A stretch of 19,576 nt of DNA from Escherichia coli (lineage in GTDB: Bacteria; Pseudomonadota; Gammaproteobacteria; Enterobacterales; Enterobacteriaceae): NCBI RefSeq assembly GCF_003334765.1, contig NZ_QOWT01000051.1. The stretch is one strand, 5' to 3'. Of this stretch, positions 8,483-16,268 are shown one piece after another (the stretch's first letter is position 1; every line of letters starts with the position of its first letter). The translations under genes and the position numbers were made by a program. Under the pieces are notes generated by a model. That model made no database searches, was not told where the DNA came from, and worked only from the letters and a program-made list of their open reading frames with translations.

Positions 8483-9340
8483 TCAGGGGGAAGCTGTGGC
8501 CAGCCGGCTGTAATTGCGGTTACGCGACAGAATCATGCGCTCCTTCACACGACGCTCCACTTCACGTTTTACCGCCTCACGACTGGCAGTGAAGCGCCCT
8601 TCCGAGATTTCACGCGTCAGCTGTCGTTTCACCAGGGTGACGATATCCTGACGTTCCCTGCCCGCATCACGACGCGCACGGGCACGCTTTATTCCCCGGG
8701 ACTTAAGCTCTGTCTGGTAACTGCGGAAACGCTCACGCACAAAACGCCAGGCTTTCGCTATCAGTTCATCCATACCCAGGGTATCCAGCCCCTGCTTTTT
8801 GCGCTGTTTGTTTTCCCATACCACACGGCTGCGGCGCGCAGCTGCCACTGCATCCTCAGACACATCAAGGGCGGCAAACAGCGCCAGTGTGAACGTGATA
8901 TCGGTCGGAATGTAGCACCCGATAAGCGGGTCATATTCCGTCTGGTAGGTAATCAGTCCCAGCTCTGACAGGGACGTCAGGGCCCGGGTGGCCCGGGTGA
9001 TGGAGAGTTTTCCTGCACCGGACTCTGTCGCCAGTCCGCACTCAATGGCCAGCGTGGTGATGGAACACTGGACGCGGTTGGCCAGCGGGTCATAATGGAA
9101 ACACAGCCCCTGCAGCAGCGCATCAATAGCCCGTCGACGCAGCACCGGTGGCATGCGTCGACGCAGACCACGCGAACGGGCATGCGCCACATGAATAGCG
9201 AAATCAAAACGGGAGCTGAAGCCCACCGCTTTTTCCATCAGTTTTTCGCAGAACTTCAGCGTTCCGGCACCTTCACGGGGTGTGAACACCGGATTCGGGT
9301 TCTTTACCTGGCGGTAATACGTTTGGTGAAGATCAGTCAC
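8483..9340 (-). CDS. repA1: IncFII replication initiator RepA1
   Basis: Near-identical to the recalled R100/R1 RepA1 ([40 protein letters not shown]...[12 protein letters not shown]). The likely start is the GTG giving MTDLHQ (285 aa); the track ORF 8483..9352 begins four codons earlier. Confidence 0.95.
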   Translation of the reverse strand: MTDLHQTYYRQVKNPNPVFTPREGAGTLKFCEKLMEKAVGFSSRFDFAIHVAHARSRGLRRRMPPVLRRRAIDALLQGLCFHYDPLANRVQCSITTLAIECGLATESGAGKLSITRATRALTSLSELGLITYQTEYDPLIGCYIPTDITFTLALFAALDVSEDAVAAARRSRVVWENKQRKKQGLDTLGMDELIAKAWRFVRERFRSYQTELKSRGIKRARARRDAGRERQDIVTLVKRQLTREISEGRFTASREAVKREVERRVKERMILSRNRNYSRLATASP

Positions 9341-9407
9341 ACCATCCTGCACTTATGTTGCACAGAAGGAGTGAGCACAGAAAGAAGTCTTGAACTTTTC
9401 CGGTCAT
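9333..9407 (-). CDS. tap: RepA leader peptide Tap (repA6), translationally coupled to repA1
   Basis: 24-codon [27 protein letters not shown] whose TGA overlaps the repA1 GTG start (GTGTGACTG); size and position match the IncFII tap peptide. Confidence 0.6.
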   Translation of the reverse strand: MTGKVQDFFLCSLLLCNISAGWCD

Positions 9408-9418
9408 ATAACTATACT
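9390..9418 (+). promoter_or_regulatory. CopA antisense-RNA promoter
   Basis: -35 TTGAAC, 17-bp spacer, -10 TATACT, directed opposite to repA mRNA. Confidence 0.55.
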
Positions 9419-9425
9419 CCCCGCA

Positions 9426-9511
9426 TAGAGCAACAGCTTCTATGCAGTTTCTTGTTAGCCCCGGTAATCTTCTCTTAGTCGCCAAACCTGGTGAAGATTA
9501 TCGGGGTTTTT
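9426..9511 (+). ncRNA. copA: CopA-like antisense RNA (copy-number control)
   Basis: About 85 nt from the predicted start to an intrinsic terminator: long stem CCCCGGTAATCTTC/GAAGATTATCGGGG followed by TTTTT. Lies in the repA leader between copB and tap, antisense to repA mRNA. Confidence 0.6.
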
Positions 9512-9566
9512 GCTTTTCTGGCTCCTGTAGATCCACATCAGAACCAGTTCCCTGCCACCTTACGGC

Positions 9567-9578
9567 GTGGCCAGCCAC
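9567..9578. promoter_or_regulatory. Candidate CopB operator at the repA promoter
   Basis: Inverted repeat GTGGC-ca-GCCAC between copB and the CopA region, where CopB is known to repress PrepA in IncFII plasmids; exact promoter elements not resolved. Confidence 0.3.
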
Positions 9579-9644
9579 AAAATTCCTTAAACGATCAGTA
9601 ATCTAGCACTAATCTTCTGAACACTCAAGAATGTAAGCCCATCA

Positions 9645-9899
9645 TCACATGCATCGTTTTTGCGCTTCACTTTTTATCAGTGCGGTCAGAACTTCAGCCT
9701 GGGTCAGGCCATCTTCATTACACATTTGCATGAGCATGGCCTTATACTTTGGTTCGAGAAATACTTTTACTTCCTTGAACGAAGCTCTTTTACGGGCCAC
9801 TGATAATCTTTGTTTCTCTGCATCAGAAAGCGGATTCCCCTTTCTGTATGCTCGTTTTGCGCCAGATGAGGAAGTCACTGTATTTTCTGTCTGCGACAT
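9645..9899 (-). CDS. copB: Replication regulatory protein RepA2/CopB
   Basis: 84-aa ORF MSQTENTVTSSSGAKRAYRKGNPLSDAEKQRLSVARKRASFKEVKVF..., matching recalled IncFII CopB; upstream of the copA/tap/repA1 cassette. Confidence 0.9.
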   Translation of the reverse strand: MSQTENTVTSSSGAKRAYRKGNPLSDAEKQRLSVARKRASFKEVKVFLEPKYKAMLMQMCNEDGLTQAEVLTALIKSEAQKRCM

Positions 9900-10078
9900 C
9901 TCGCCTCCTCAATACTTAAACAGGGATCGTTTCGCAGAGAATACTACAGTTTTTTGAAATCAGCGACTTGAAAGTTGTGACGATGATCTGTGTTGGCGCA
10001 CAAATCATGTCTGATTACGACCGTTTAATGTAATTTTGATAATAAAATGACTGAAAAGTAGGAAATGCTTTAACCAGG

Positions 10079-10110
10079 GTACCGGCCCCGGGCGGGACCG
10101 GCAGTTTCTA
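10079..10110 (-). terminator. 3' stem-loops of the hok/srnB-like mRNA
   Basis: Downstream of the toxin stop on the minus strand: hairpins GGGGAC-ggaa-GTCCCC and CCGGTCCC/GGGGCCGG. Could be terminator and/or fold-back structures of a hok-type mRNA. Confidence 0.3.
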
Positions 10111-10195
10111 GCATTTCGGGTGTCTGCCCCTGAAATACCTCACACTTCCGGAAAGCGGGGACTTCCGTCCCCGCCCGGCAGCTTACTTCCGTGCT

Positions 10196-10330
10196 TCAGG
10201 CCAGAGTTACCTGCACCACTGTATTTCCCCTGTGAATATTCAGTTCACATAACTGTTCCCTGAATATCAGTGAAAAACACAACACCGTGGCGCACACGGC
10301 AAGCAACCCGATAAGGGTATATTTCGTCAT
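10196..10330 (-). CDS. srnB: Hok/Gef-family type I toxin (SrnB-like), C-terminally shortened
   Basis: 44-codon ORF MTKYTLIGLLAVCATVLCFSLIFREQLCELNIHRGNTVVQVTLA, close to recalled F-plasmid SrnB. The canonical C-terminus LAYEARK is replaced by an early TGA; restoring 2 nt (CTGGCCT-AC-GAAGCACGGAAGTAA) would recreate it. Below the ORF-track length cutoff. Confidence 0.75.
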   Translation of the reverse strand: MTKYTLIGLLAVCATVLCFSLIFREQLCELNIHRGNTVVQVTLA

Positions 10331-10335
10331 AAACT

Positions 10336-10365
10336 TTGACATCTTTGCAAAGAAGAGGCTAGAAT
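10336..10365 (+). promoter_or_regulatory. Promoter for a Sok/SrnC-like antisense RNA
   Basis: Near-consensus -35 TTGACA, 18-bp spacer, -10 TAGAAT on the strand opposite the toxin, overlapping the toxin start and firing into its leader; the RNA 3' end was not located. Confidence 0.5.
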
Positions 10366-11150
10366 CAGTAGTGCATCATGCAGACCTCACGAGTTAATGG
10401 ATTAACGAGTGGGGTCTTCGCATTTCTGAAACCTGCGTCTTATTCAGCCATTCTTCGGTCATCTGCAGCAGTTTTCTTGCATCGTGACTTCTGAGCAACG
10501 GAATGCCAGCCTGCCTCAGAACCTCTTCCAGAAGAGTATCCCAGCATCTGCGTTCCGAACGTAAATGACTGTCATCAGCCAGCTATACTGCTGCAACAAT
10601 ACTGAACGAACGCCGTTCAACGATAACCACATCGACATGCACTGAGATACCATCCTGAATAACTGCCACCACTGGCGCGATCAGATATTAGTTGTCTGGA
10701 GATTCAGGGGACAACCTAACTTGAGCCCGCTATAGCGCGAAGCCGAAAATTATTGTTCGTATGCTCCCGCTGGTCCAGAATGGGAATTCCCTCTGGCTGA
10801 TGTTGAACTGTCATGGAGAATTGAAACTTGTTTAAGACTTTGGCAGCCTACTGTTTTTAATACACCCAATAAGGTATGAAGATGAAACTAGGGAAGTTAA
10901 TACCGCCATGAAAAGATAAATAATACCCGTGGAATATATTTCCTCATGTTACTCTCCATATCAAATAAATGGCACCTGTATTTCAGACATCCTGAATATT
11001 ACAGCACACATTGAACAACACCTTATTTTGTGAAATTAATCACAAAATATAAAATCACGACTTAATACGGAAAAAACTCTGTGCTACTCAGAACTGTCCG
11101 GTCATACTGCCCGACCGGATATTAAAAAAAGCAAATCTCATGCATTATTC

Positions 11151-11195
11151 AGCCTTCTGAATCCCTGGAGTAATGAAGGCTGCTTTTTTCGTTAC
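11151..11195 (+). terminator. Intrinsic terminator-like hairpin
   Basis: Stem CAGCCTTC/GAAGGCTG with a 17-nt loop followed by CTTTTTTC on the plus strand, after an AT-rich region with no convincing ORF. Confidence 0.3.
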
Positions 11196-11413
11196 ACCCT
11201 TCCCCGGCTGCGCCGGTGGCAGTGTTCAGCCCTTTTTCGGGCAAACTGCTGCCAGTCTGTCCGGGGCGCAACACCGGCAGCCCGTCGCCATGCTTCTGCC
11301 GCTTCCATCCAGCGTCCACTGACCTCCAGAATAACGGCCCGGCTTCCGGCACGCTGCCAGCGCCAGACCTGACCGTTCCGTGAACTGTTTCTGAATCCAT
11401 TCATCTTTATCAC
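11192..11413 (-). CDS. Hypothetical small protein downstream of finO
   Basis: 73-aa ORF (MIKMNGFRNSSRNGQVWRWQRAGSRAV...) in the position of the small conserved ORFs found downstream of finO in F-like plasmids; overlaps an alternative-frame ORF at 11149..11400; no recognisable motif. Confidence 0.3.
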   Translation of the reverse strand: MIKMNGFRNSSRNGQVWRWQRAGSRAVILEVSGRWMEAAEAWRRAAGVAPRTDWQQFARKRAEHCHRRSRGRV

Positions 11414-11535
11414 TCCTCTTTAACCCGTCAGTATTATGGTGTTAAATAATCTACTGAATTGGCTTCCTTTCGGGTACGGAAGTTATTTCCTTTTAAGCCT
11501 TATTTCCCTGCCTCCTCTCTGATGGAGGCTTTTTT

Positions 11536-12096
11536 TTATTTCTCATCAAGCACGGCCTGAAGTTCTGCCTTTATCCGGTTCTGGCGGCGGATTTTATCCA
11601 GACGCGCTGCGGCATACGCTTCCTCCTCCTGAGAAATATGCTCCGTCACATACCCTTCCGTGTCATACCGGCAGGCACCGGCTTTCATGGCACACAGATA
11701 GCTTTCTGAACGGGTGATGGCCTTCAGCGCCCTGCGCAGTTTTTTATGCGAGAGCGGGATATTCCGCTGCGCCACGTCTTCCAGTAACACGTCCCGGATA
11801 CCGCAGGCCAGAAGCCGGGGCGTGTCACCGTCAAACAATCCCGGCCACCAGGGTTTCAGGGTATTCACGGCCTCATCCAGCGTGGGCAGGTTCAGATAAA
11901 TGGACAGTGCCTGTCTGGCCTGCGCTTTTTTTGCCGCCAGCTCTGCTTCCCGGGCTGCTTTCTCGGCCAGCTTCTGCTTTTTCACCTTCCACTTTGGTGG
12001 CGTGGTGACATTGATGATGGTTTTCCGGCTGCGGACAGGCGTCTCCCCTTCCGTTTTCCGCTTCAGTGTCAGTACCGGTCGCTTCTGCTCTGTCAT
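11536..12096 (-). CDS. finO: Fertility inhibition protein FinO (ProQ/FinO-family RNA chaperone)
   Basis: 186-aa ORF essentially identical to recalled F/R100 FinO ([50 protein letters not shown]...). Confidence 0.95.
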   Translation of the reverse strand: MTEQKRPVLTLKRKTEGETPVRSRKTIINVTTPPKWKVKKQKLAEKAAREAELAAKKAQARQALSIYLNLPTLDEAVNTLKPWWPGLFDGDTPRLLACGIRDVLLEDVAQRNIPLSHKKLRRALKAITRSESYLCAMKAGACRYDTEGYVTEHISQEEEAYAAARLDKIRRQNRIKAELQAVLDEK

Positions 12097-12150
12097 GCTG
12101 TGTTCTGCCTCTGACGAATCATCCTGTTACGGTCAAAGATACCACACCCG

Positions 12151-12500
12151 TCACAGCGCCAGAACGCCCAGCACAGCCAGATGACAGGCGTAGAATACCG
12201 GGAAAAAATCCCCGGGCCAGAAACGGGGTAATGATTTTCCTGCACACGACACCAGACCAACGGTCAGCACCGTCATCAAAAGACCAGCCACCGCCGCTGC
12301 ATCACTGGTGGCAAGGTTAAGCGCCGGAATAACAGCCAGCAGGCAGGCGACCAGCGCCAGACGTTCCGCTCTGTCTTCCGCCCGGTACAGCCGGTGGCTG
12401 ACTGCCAGCATCAGCAGCCCGGCAATGCCGTAACTGGTGCCGGACAAGGGCCCCCACAGGGCCATCAGAAGAATGGCCGCTGCTGTACGCCACCCGGTCT
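12151..12500 (-). pseudogene. traX: traX 3' fragment (pilin acetylase), 5' part deleted
   Basis: Encodes GWRTAAAILLMALWGPLSGTSYGIAGLLMLAVSHRLYRAEDRAERLAL...FYACHLAVLGVLAL, matching the C-terminal 115 or so residues of F TraX. The frame is entered without a start codon at about 12498, where it abuts the traI fragment. Confidence 0.85.
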
Positions 12501-12951
12501 ATCACATAGCGGTCATGACTGCGTGTCTCCGGGTTCCACTGCTCCATCACCATCCCCGGACGGTACATATCCCGCAGATAACGGCTCCGGCTGTCCAGCC
12601 AGACCGGTGACAGTGCAGTCATGGTCACCTCAGGGTGTCCGAGCACGCCCTGCGTTTTCAGCTCACTGCGAATGGCCTGTGTCAGTATGGCCTGTTCCCG
12701 TACCCCGCTGACCTGTGCCACGCTCTCTTCTCCGGCTTTCACGCTGGCCGCAAAATCTCCGGCCAGCCGGGCATAGCGGACATTACGGTCCGGTTCACTG
12801 ATGATGGTGGCCGGTCGCTGTTCTCCCCCCTGCCAGCGATATGTGTTCACCCCGGCATCCTTCATGGCCATCAGCGCACTGCCTGTACCGGTTCGCTGCC
12901 CGCTGTCGGTTATCAGGACCTGTACGTTATGACGTGCGGCACCATCCAGCC
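12501..12951 (-). pseudogene. traI: Internal fragment of relaxase/helicase gene traI
   Basis: In-frame segment ARHNVQVLITDSGQRTGTGSALMAMKDAGVNTYRWQGGEQRPATIISEPDRNVRYARLAGDFAASVKAGEESVAQVSGVREQAILTQAIRSELKTQGVLGHPEVTMTALSPVWLDSRSRYLRDMYRPGMVMEQWNPETRSHDRYVIDRV matches recalled F TraI. Both flanks of track ORF 12317..13129 are out-of-frame read-through. No relaxase N-terminus and no oriT. Confidence 0.7.
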
Positions 12952-13280
12952 GGAATGATGCCACGCTCTGCCAGCATGTTGAGTGCTGCCAGTCGGCGAC
13001 CACCTGCGGCGACACCGTAACGGTCACCAGGCAGGGTATGCACGACCAGATTCTGCAACAGGCCAACGCCCTTAATGGACTCCGCCAGTTCGCTGACGGA
13101 CTCTGCGGAATACGGCACCGTGCGCACATTCAGCGGTGATTTAATCAGTGAAGCCAGCGGCACACTCACTTCCTCCGTCTGCGCCAGCAGGGCAGACAGG
13201 ACTGTTTCCTGCGTTTTTACAGATTTAAGGCTTGCTTTGCGGGTGGTTTCTGGTTCACACTTCGTTACAGGCATAATCAT
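12952..13280 (-). pseudogene. 5' fragment of a ParB-like nuclease-domain gene (F leading region)
   Basis: Track ORF 12927..13280: ParB/Srx-type N-terminal domain (GLLQNLVVHTLPGDRYGVAAGGRRLAALNMLAERGIIPA), then non-homologous residues and a stop right at the junction with the traI fragment. Full-length homologs are much longer. Confidence 0.6.
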
Positions 13281-13332
13281 CCCCTTATAATTGCTTATGT
13301 CCTGCCGGACGTTCGCGCGTCCGGCACCTCTC

Positions 13333-13593
13333 TTACTTAAGAATCCCGAAATCCCTGATGTACCGGTTCATCCAGTACCCGGCACAGTCCTCAAAATTCC
13401 AGGAGCGCCAGATCAACGTGCCATCCTGACGGGCAACCAGGCGAAAATGCGTTCCCTGATCATCCTCGATAAAGACATTCCGGTACTGTGCGGCAACGGC
13501 TTCAGCCTGTTCGCGGGTAAAGGAGCCGTCAGGCAGCCCCTGAAATATTCTGAAATATTCGCTCATCCTCATCTCTCCGGTGATGCCCCGCAC
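13333..13593 (-). CDS. Conserved small leading-region protein, function unknown
   Basis: 86-aa ORF ([86 protein letters not shown]) between the ssb remnant and the ParB-like fragment; no recognisable catalytic motif. Confidence 0.5.
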   Translation of the reverse strand: MRGITGEMRMSEYFRIFQGLPDGSFTREQAEAVAAQYRNVFIEDDQGTHFRLVARQDGTLIWRSWNFEDCAGYWMNRYIRDFGILK

Positions 13594-13621
13594 TGGACGG
13601 GGCGGTTGTCACTGTCTTAGT

Positions 13622-13885
13622 TCAGAACGGAATGTCGTCATCGAAGTCATACGCGGGTTCAGACGGCTGCTGAGGCTCCGGCTGCGCGGCCTTACGTCCA
13701 CGGCCTTTCGTTTTCGCGCCACCTTTTTTCGTCGCGTCAGCACTCTGTGGCTGCCCATTCTGCTGAGGCTTCGGTTGCGCCTGAGCGTTCTGCTGTGGTG
13801 CACTCCCCAGCATCTGCATGGTGCCCGTGGTCTTAACAAGAATTTCAGTGACGTAACGGGTGATACCGTTATCTTCCCAACTACG
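13622..13885 (-). pseudogene. ssb: ssb 3' remnant (plasmid SSB C-terminal region with acidic tail)
   Basis: Track ORF 13622..13924: from about residue 14 it matches the end of the SSB OB-fold and linker ([27 protein letters not shown]...) and ends with the hallmark tail DFDDDIPF. The first 13 residues are not SSB-like and the upstream 270 nt an SSB N-terminus would need are occupied by the methyltransferase gene. Confidence 0.7.
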
Positions 13886-13923
13886 GGCAGACGGGCATTT
13901 ATCCTCCCGCCAGCCCTGTGTCA

Positions 13924-14487
13924 TCAGGCACGCAGACGAATAATCATCGTCGGGACATCGGTATAAGCAAACGTGCCGCGCGGCAGCTCCTCGCGGACGT
14001 CAGAAAACGGTAACAGCTTCTCCTGCTGGCGCGGCCCGTTCAGACAGACGGCAACCAGCACGCCACCCGGACGCAACAGGGAAAAAGCCCGCAGGATATG
14101 CCGGATATCCTGCCCGTGACTGAACGGCGGATTCATGATAACCCGGCTGTAATACTGCACCGGCTGCCATTCCATGAAGTCGCCACACTGAACCCTGACA
14201 CCGTTAAAATTTTCCCGCAGATACCGGACCAGCCCGCTGTTAATCTCCACCGCATCACACATGGCCTCCGGCGCGGTATCCCGAATCGCCCGCAGTATGG
14301 CCCCGGTGCCGGCAGAGGGTTCCAGAATGTGATCACGGTTGCTGATTTCCGCCAGCGTCACCAGGCGATCACAGACCGGGGCAGGAGTCACAAAAAGCTG
14401 AGATTCAGCCCGGATTTCAGCAACCGGCGCGACGTTATCCAGCCTTGCACGCATCAGCCGGATACGTTCTCTTAACTGACTGTGCAT
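13924..14487 (-). CDS. Small class I SAM-dependent methyltransferase (leading-region orphan MTase, amino-MTase NPPF motif)
   Basis: 187-aa ORF with SAM-binding motif [12 protein letters not shown] and catalytic-type motif IMNPPFSHG; its stop overlaps the start of the ssb-remnant ORF. Substrate (DNA vs RNA) cannot be decided from sequence alone. Confidence 0.7.
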   Translation of the reverse strand: MHSQLRERIRLMRARLDNVAPVAEIRAESQLFVTPAPVCDRLVTLAEISNRDHILEPSAGTGAILRAIRDTAPEAMCDAVEINSGLVRYLRENFNGVRVQCGDFMEWQPVQYYSRVIMNPPFSHGQDIRHILRAFSLLRPGGVLVAVCLNGPRQQEKLLPFSDVREELPRGTFAYTDVPTMIIRLRA

Positions 14488-14533
14488 GTCATTATCTCCG
14501 TCATCCCCCGGGGATTTCCCGGGGGGATATACC

Positions 14534-15895
14534 TTATTTCTGTGGGATTTCCGTGATTTTCATGTCGGTAATATACACATTCACCAGGCGGAAATTATTG
14601 TCCATTGTGCGGCGGTAGCGGTATGCCCCGTGGTCTTCTGTCTCTGCCACACTGCGCACGGCCTTACAGTCCCGGGGCAGGGCGGCCCACTGCGCCTTTG
14701 TCATTTCCCGGAAACCTTCCCCCGGATAGTTGACTACCGGCGGACGCTTCGCGGCCTGACTGGCGACGGCAGCCTCTTCTGCCGATGGTGCTTTGTAGTC
14801 CGTGATGCGATCGGGCGTCACTTTCATCGTGCCGCTGTACCCGAGAAAACTGTAATTCGGCGTTGTGACTGAACTCACCGCCCCGTTGCTTTTGTTCACG
14901 CGGATGATGGTCAGCCACTCGCCCCGGCTGAAAACCTGTCCGCCCGGCTCAAAATCCTGTGTCCGGGTAACCACGCCGCCGCTTTCGTCCAGCATGGCAC
15001 GCTCATAGATCAGGCGGTTCTGATAGTGGTTAACCCAGCGTTGCTGATGCTGAATCTGCCGTTCATGACAGCGGATCGCAATTTCGCGGGCCTGCTCCGT
15101 GGTGATGATGTCATCATCCAGGGCCGACCATAACGATCGACTTCCTTCATACTGGCTTTTTTCTGCCGGGCGCGGATACGTATCCAGCGGGAAACAGGCG
15201 CTGATATGGTCATGACTGCTGATGAGTTTTGCCATATTCAGATCCAGCGATTCAGCCCGCCACATCGTCAGATATTTCTGCGACTGCGCGATGGTCTTTT
15301 CAGCCTTGCGCAAATCAGCTTCGATTTTTTTGATACGACGCCAGCGAACGTCCGGGCGTTCTTTATACTTCGCGTGAAGCAGTGCCGACCGCGCCCGCTC
15401 CTCCCAGTATTCCGCACGTTCAAAGAGCATCACGGCACGTTTCATGCCGTTTTCAATACGCTGCGCATCACGACGGGCGCGGCGTTCGCTGTGATGCCCC
15501 ACAAGAATGGGCTGACCGGGCGGGATCATCGCGGCCAGTCTTTCCACTTCATCAAGTGCCTGTGCGGATTCACTGGCCCGCTTTCCGCTGTATCCGGTAA
15601 ACCGCTCCGCCCGTGCTTCCTGACGTTCAGCGAGCGTGCTGTCTTCATCCTCAATCTCTCCGGCAAGTGAGAGGAGCACGTCTTCCCGGCCCGGTGTCCA
15701 GGCTGGCGCGACAAACAGCGCCTGTTTGGGTGCCCAGCGAAAACCGGCATCATGCACTTTTTTATACGTCTCCGGGTCAAGACGTGACGCGGCATACAGG
15801 CGCAGTTTGTTGTCATCCGGTGAGTAGGTCGCGCGGTACATCTGCACAGGGCTGGCGGCTTCCGGGGCGGTCATGGTGATTGCTGCTAATGTCAT
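14534..15895 (-). CDS. Large conserved leading-region protein of unknown function
   Basis: 453-aa ORF, no transmembrane or catalytic motif recognisable by eye, charged and possibly coiled-coil central region. Position and orientation match conserved large ORFs of IncF leading regions; family not assigned. Confidence 0.55.
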   Translation of the reverse strand: MTLAAITMTAPEAASPVQMYRATYSPDDNKLRLYAASRLDPETYKKVHDAGFRWAPKQALFVAPAWTPGREDVLLSLAGEIEDEDSTLAERQEARAERFTGYSGKRASESAQALDEVERLAAMIPPGQPILVGHHSERRARRDAQRIENGMKRAVMLFERAEYWEERARSALLHAKYKERPDVRWRRIKKIEADLRKAEKTIAQSQKYLTMWRAESLDLNMAKLISSHDHISACFPLDTYPRPAEKSQYEGSRSLWSALDDDIITTEQAREIAIRCHERQIQHQQRWVNHYQNRLIYERAMLDESGGVVTRTQDFEPGGQVFSRGEWLTIIRVNKSNGAVSSVTTPNYSFLGYSGTMKVTPDRITDYKAPSAEEAAVASQAAKRPPVVNYPGEGFREMTKAQWAALPRDCKAVRSVAETEDHGAYRYRRTMDNNFRLVNVYITDMKITEIPQK

Positions 15896-15946
15896 AAAAT
15901 GTTCTCCTTCCGTCTGTTGCCGCCCCTCGCGGGGCGGCTCACCTCA

Positions 15947-16177
15947 TCAGTTAAAAGCGCGTTTCAGTTCGAGTGTGCGGAGCACCTGCCCGAAGGCCGT
16001 GTTTTTCATGGCGGGGATGTGTACACCACGCCCCCGGTGAAAACTCCGGGCTATGTGTCGCCCGAAGGCTTTCAGCACGGGGTCAATTTCCGGCGCGGGG
16101 ATGTCTTCGCGTCTGAAACGGGGATGACGGCGGGGCTTTACAGCCGCTGCGGAAGGTGAAACAATGCTTACAGTCAT
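15947..16177 (-). CDS. Hypothetical small basic protein
   Basis: 76-aa ORF upstream of the 453-aa gene on the same strand, overlapped by an 86-aa plus-strand ORF (15899..16159); coding status uncertain. Confidence 0.25.
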   Translation of the reverse strand: MTVSIVSPSAAAVKPRRHPRFRREDIPAPEIDPVLKAFGRHIARSFHRGRGVHIPAMKNTAFGQVLRTLELKRAFN

Positions 16178-16239
16178 AAATGGATTCCTTATGACAGTTT
16201 GGTAACAGTGCCTTAAAGACTGGTTGCACAGTCTCTTCG

Positions 16240-16268
16240 GCGTGGATTAAGCAGGTCCCTGACCTGCT
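16240..16268 (+). terminator. Terminator-like hairpin
   Basis: GCAGGTC-cct-GACCTGC followed by TTTTTTC on the plus strand. Confidence 0.3.

Noticed and set aside
8330-8968. 212-aa plus-strand ORF
   Set aside because: Lies entirely antisense to repA1, whose identity is unambiguous; low-complexity translation with no recognisable motif.
10740-10815. 24-codon plus-strand ORF (MLPLVQNGNSLWLMLNCHGELKLV) in the AT-rich region between srnB and finO
   Set aside because: No ribosome-binding site or conservation evidence; too short to call.
12317-13129. 270-aa minus-strand ORF taken as a single protein
   Set aside because: Only the central part is traI-like; the N-terminal 60 residues overlap the ParB-like frame and the C-terminal 60 overlap the traX frame, so the long ORF is read-through across two deletion junctions.
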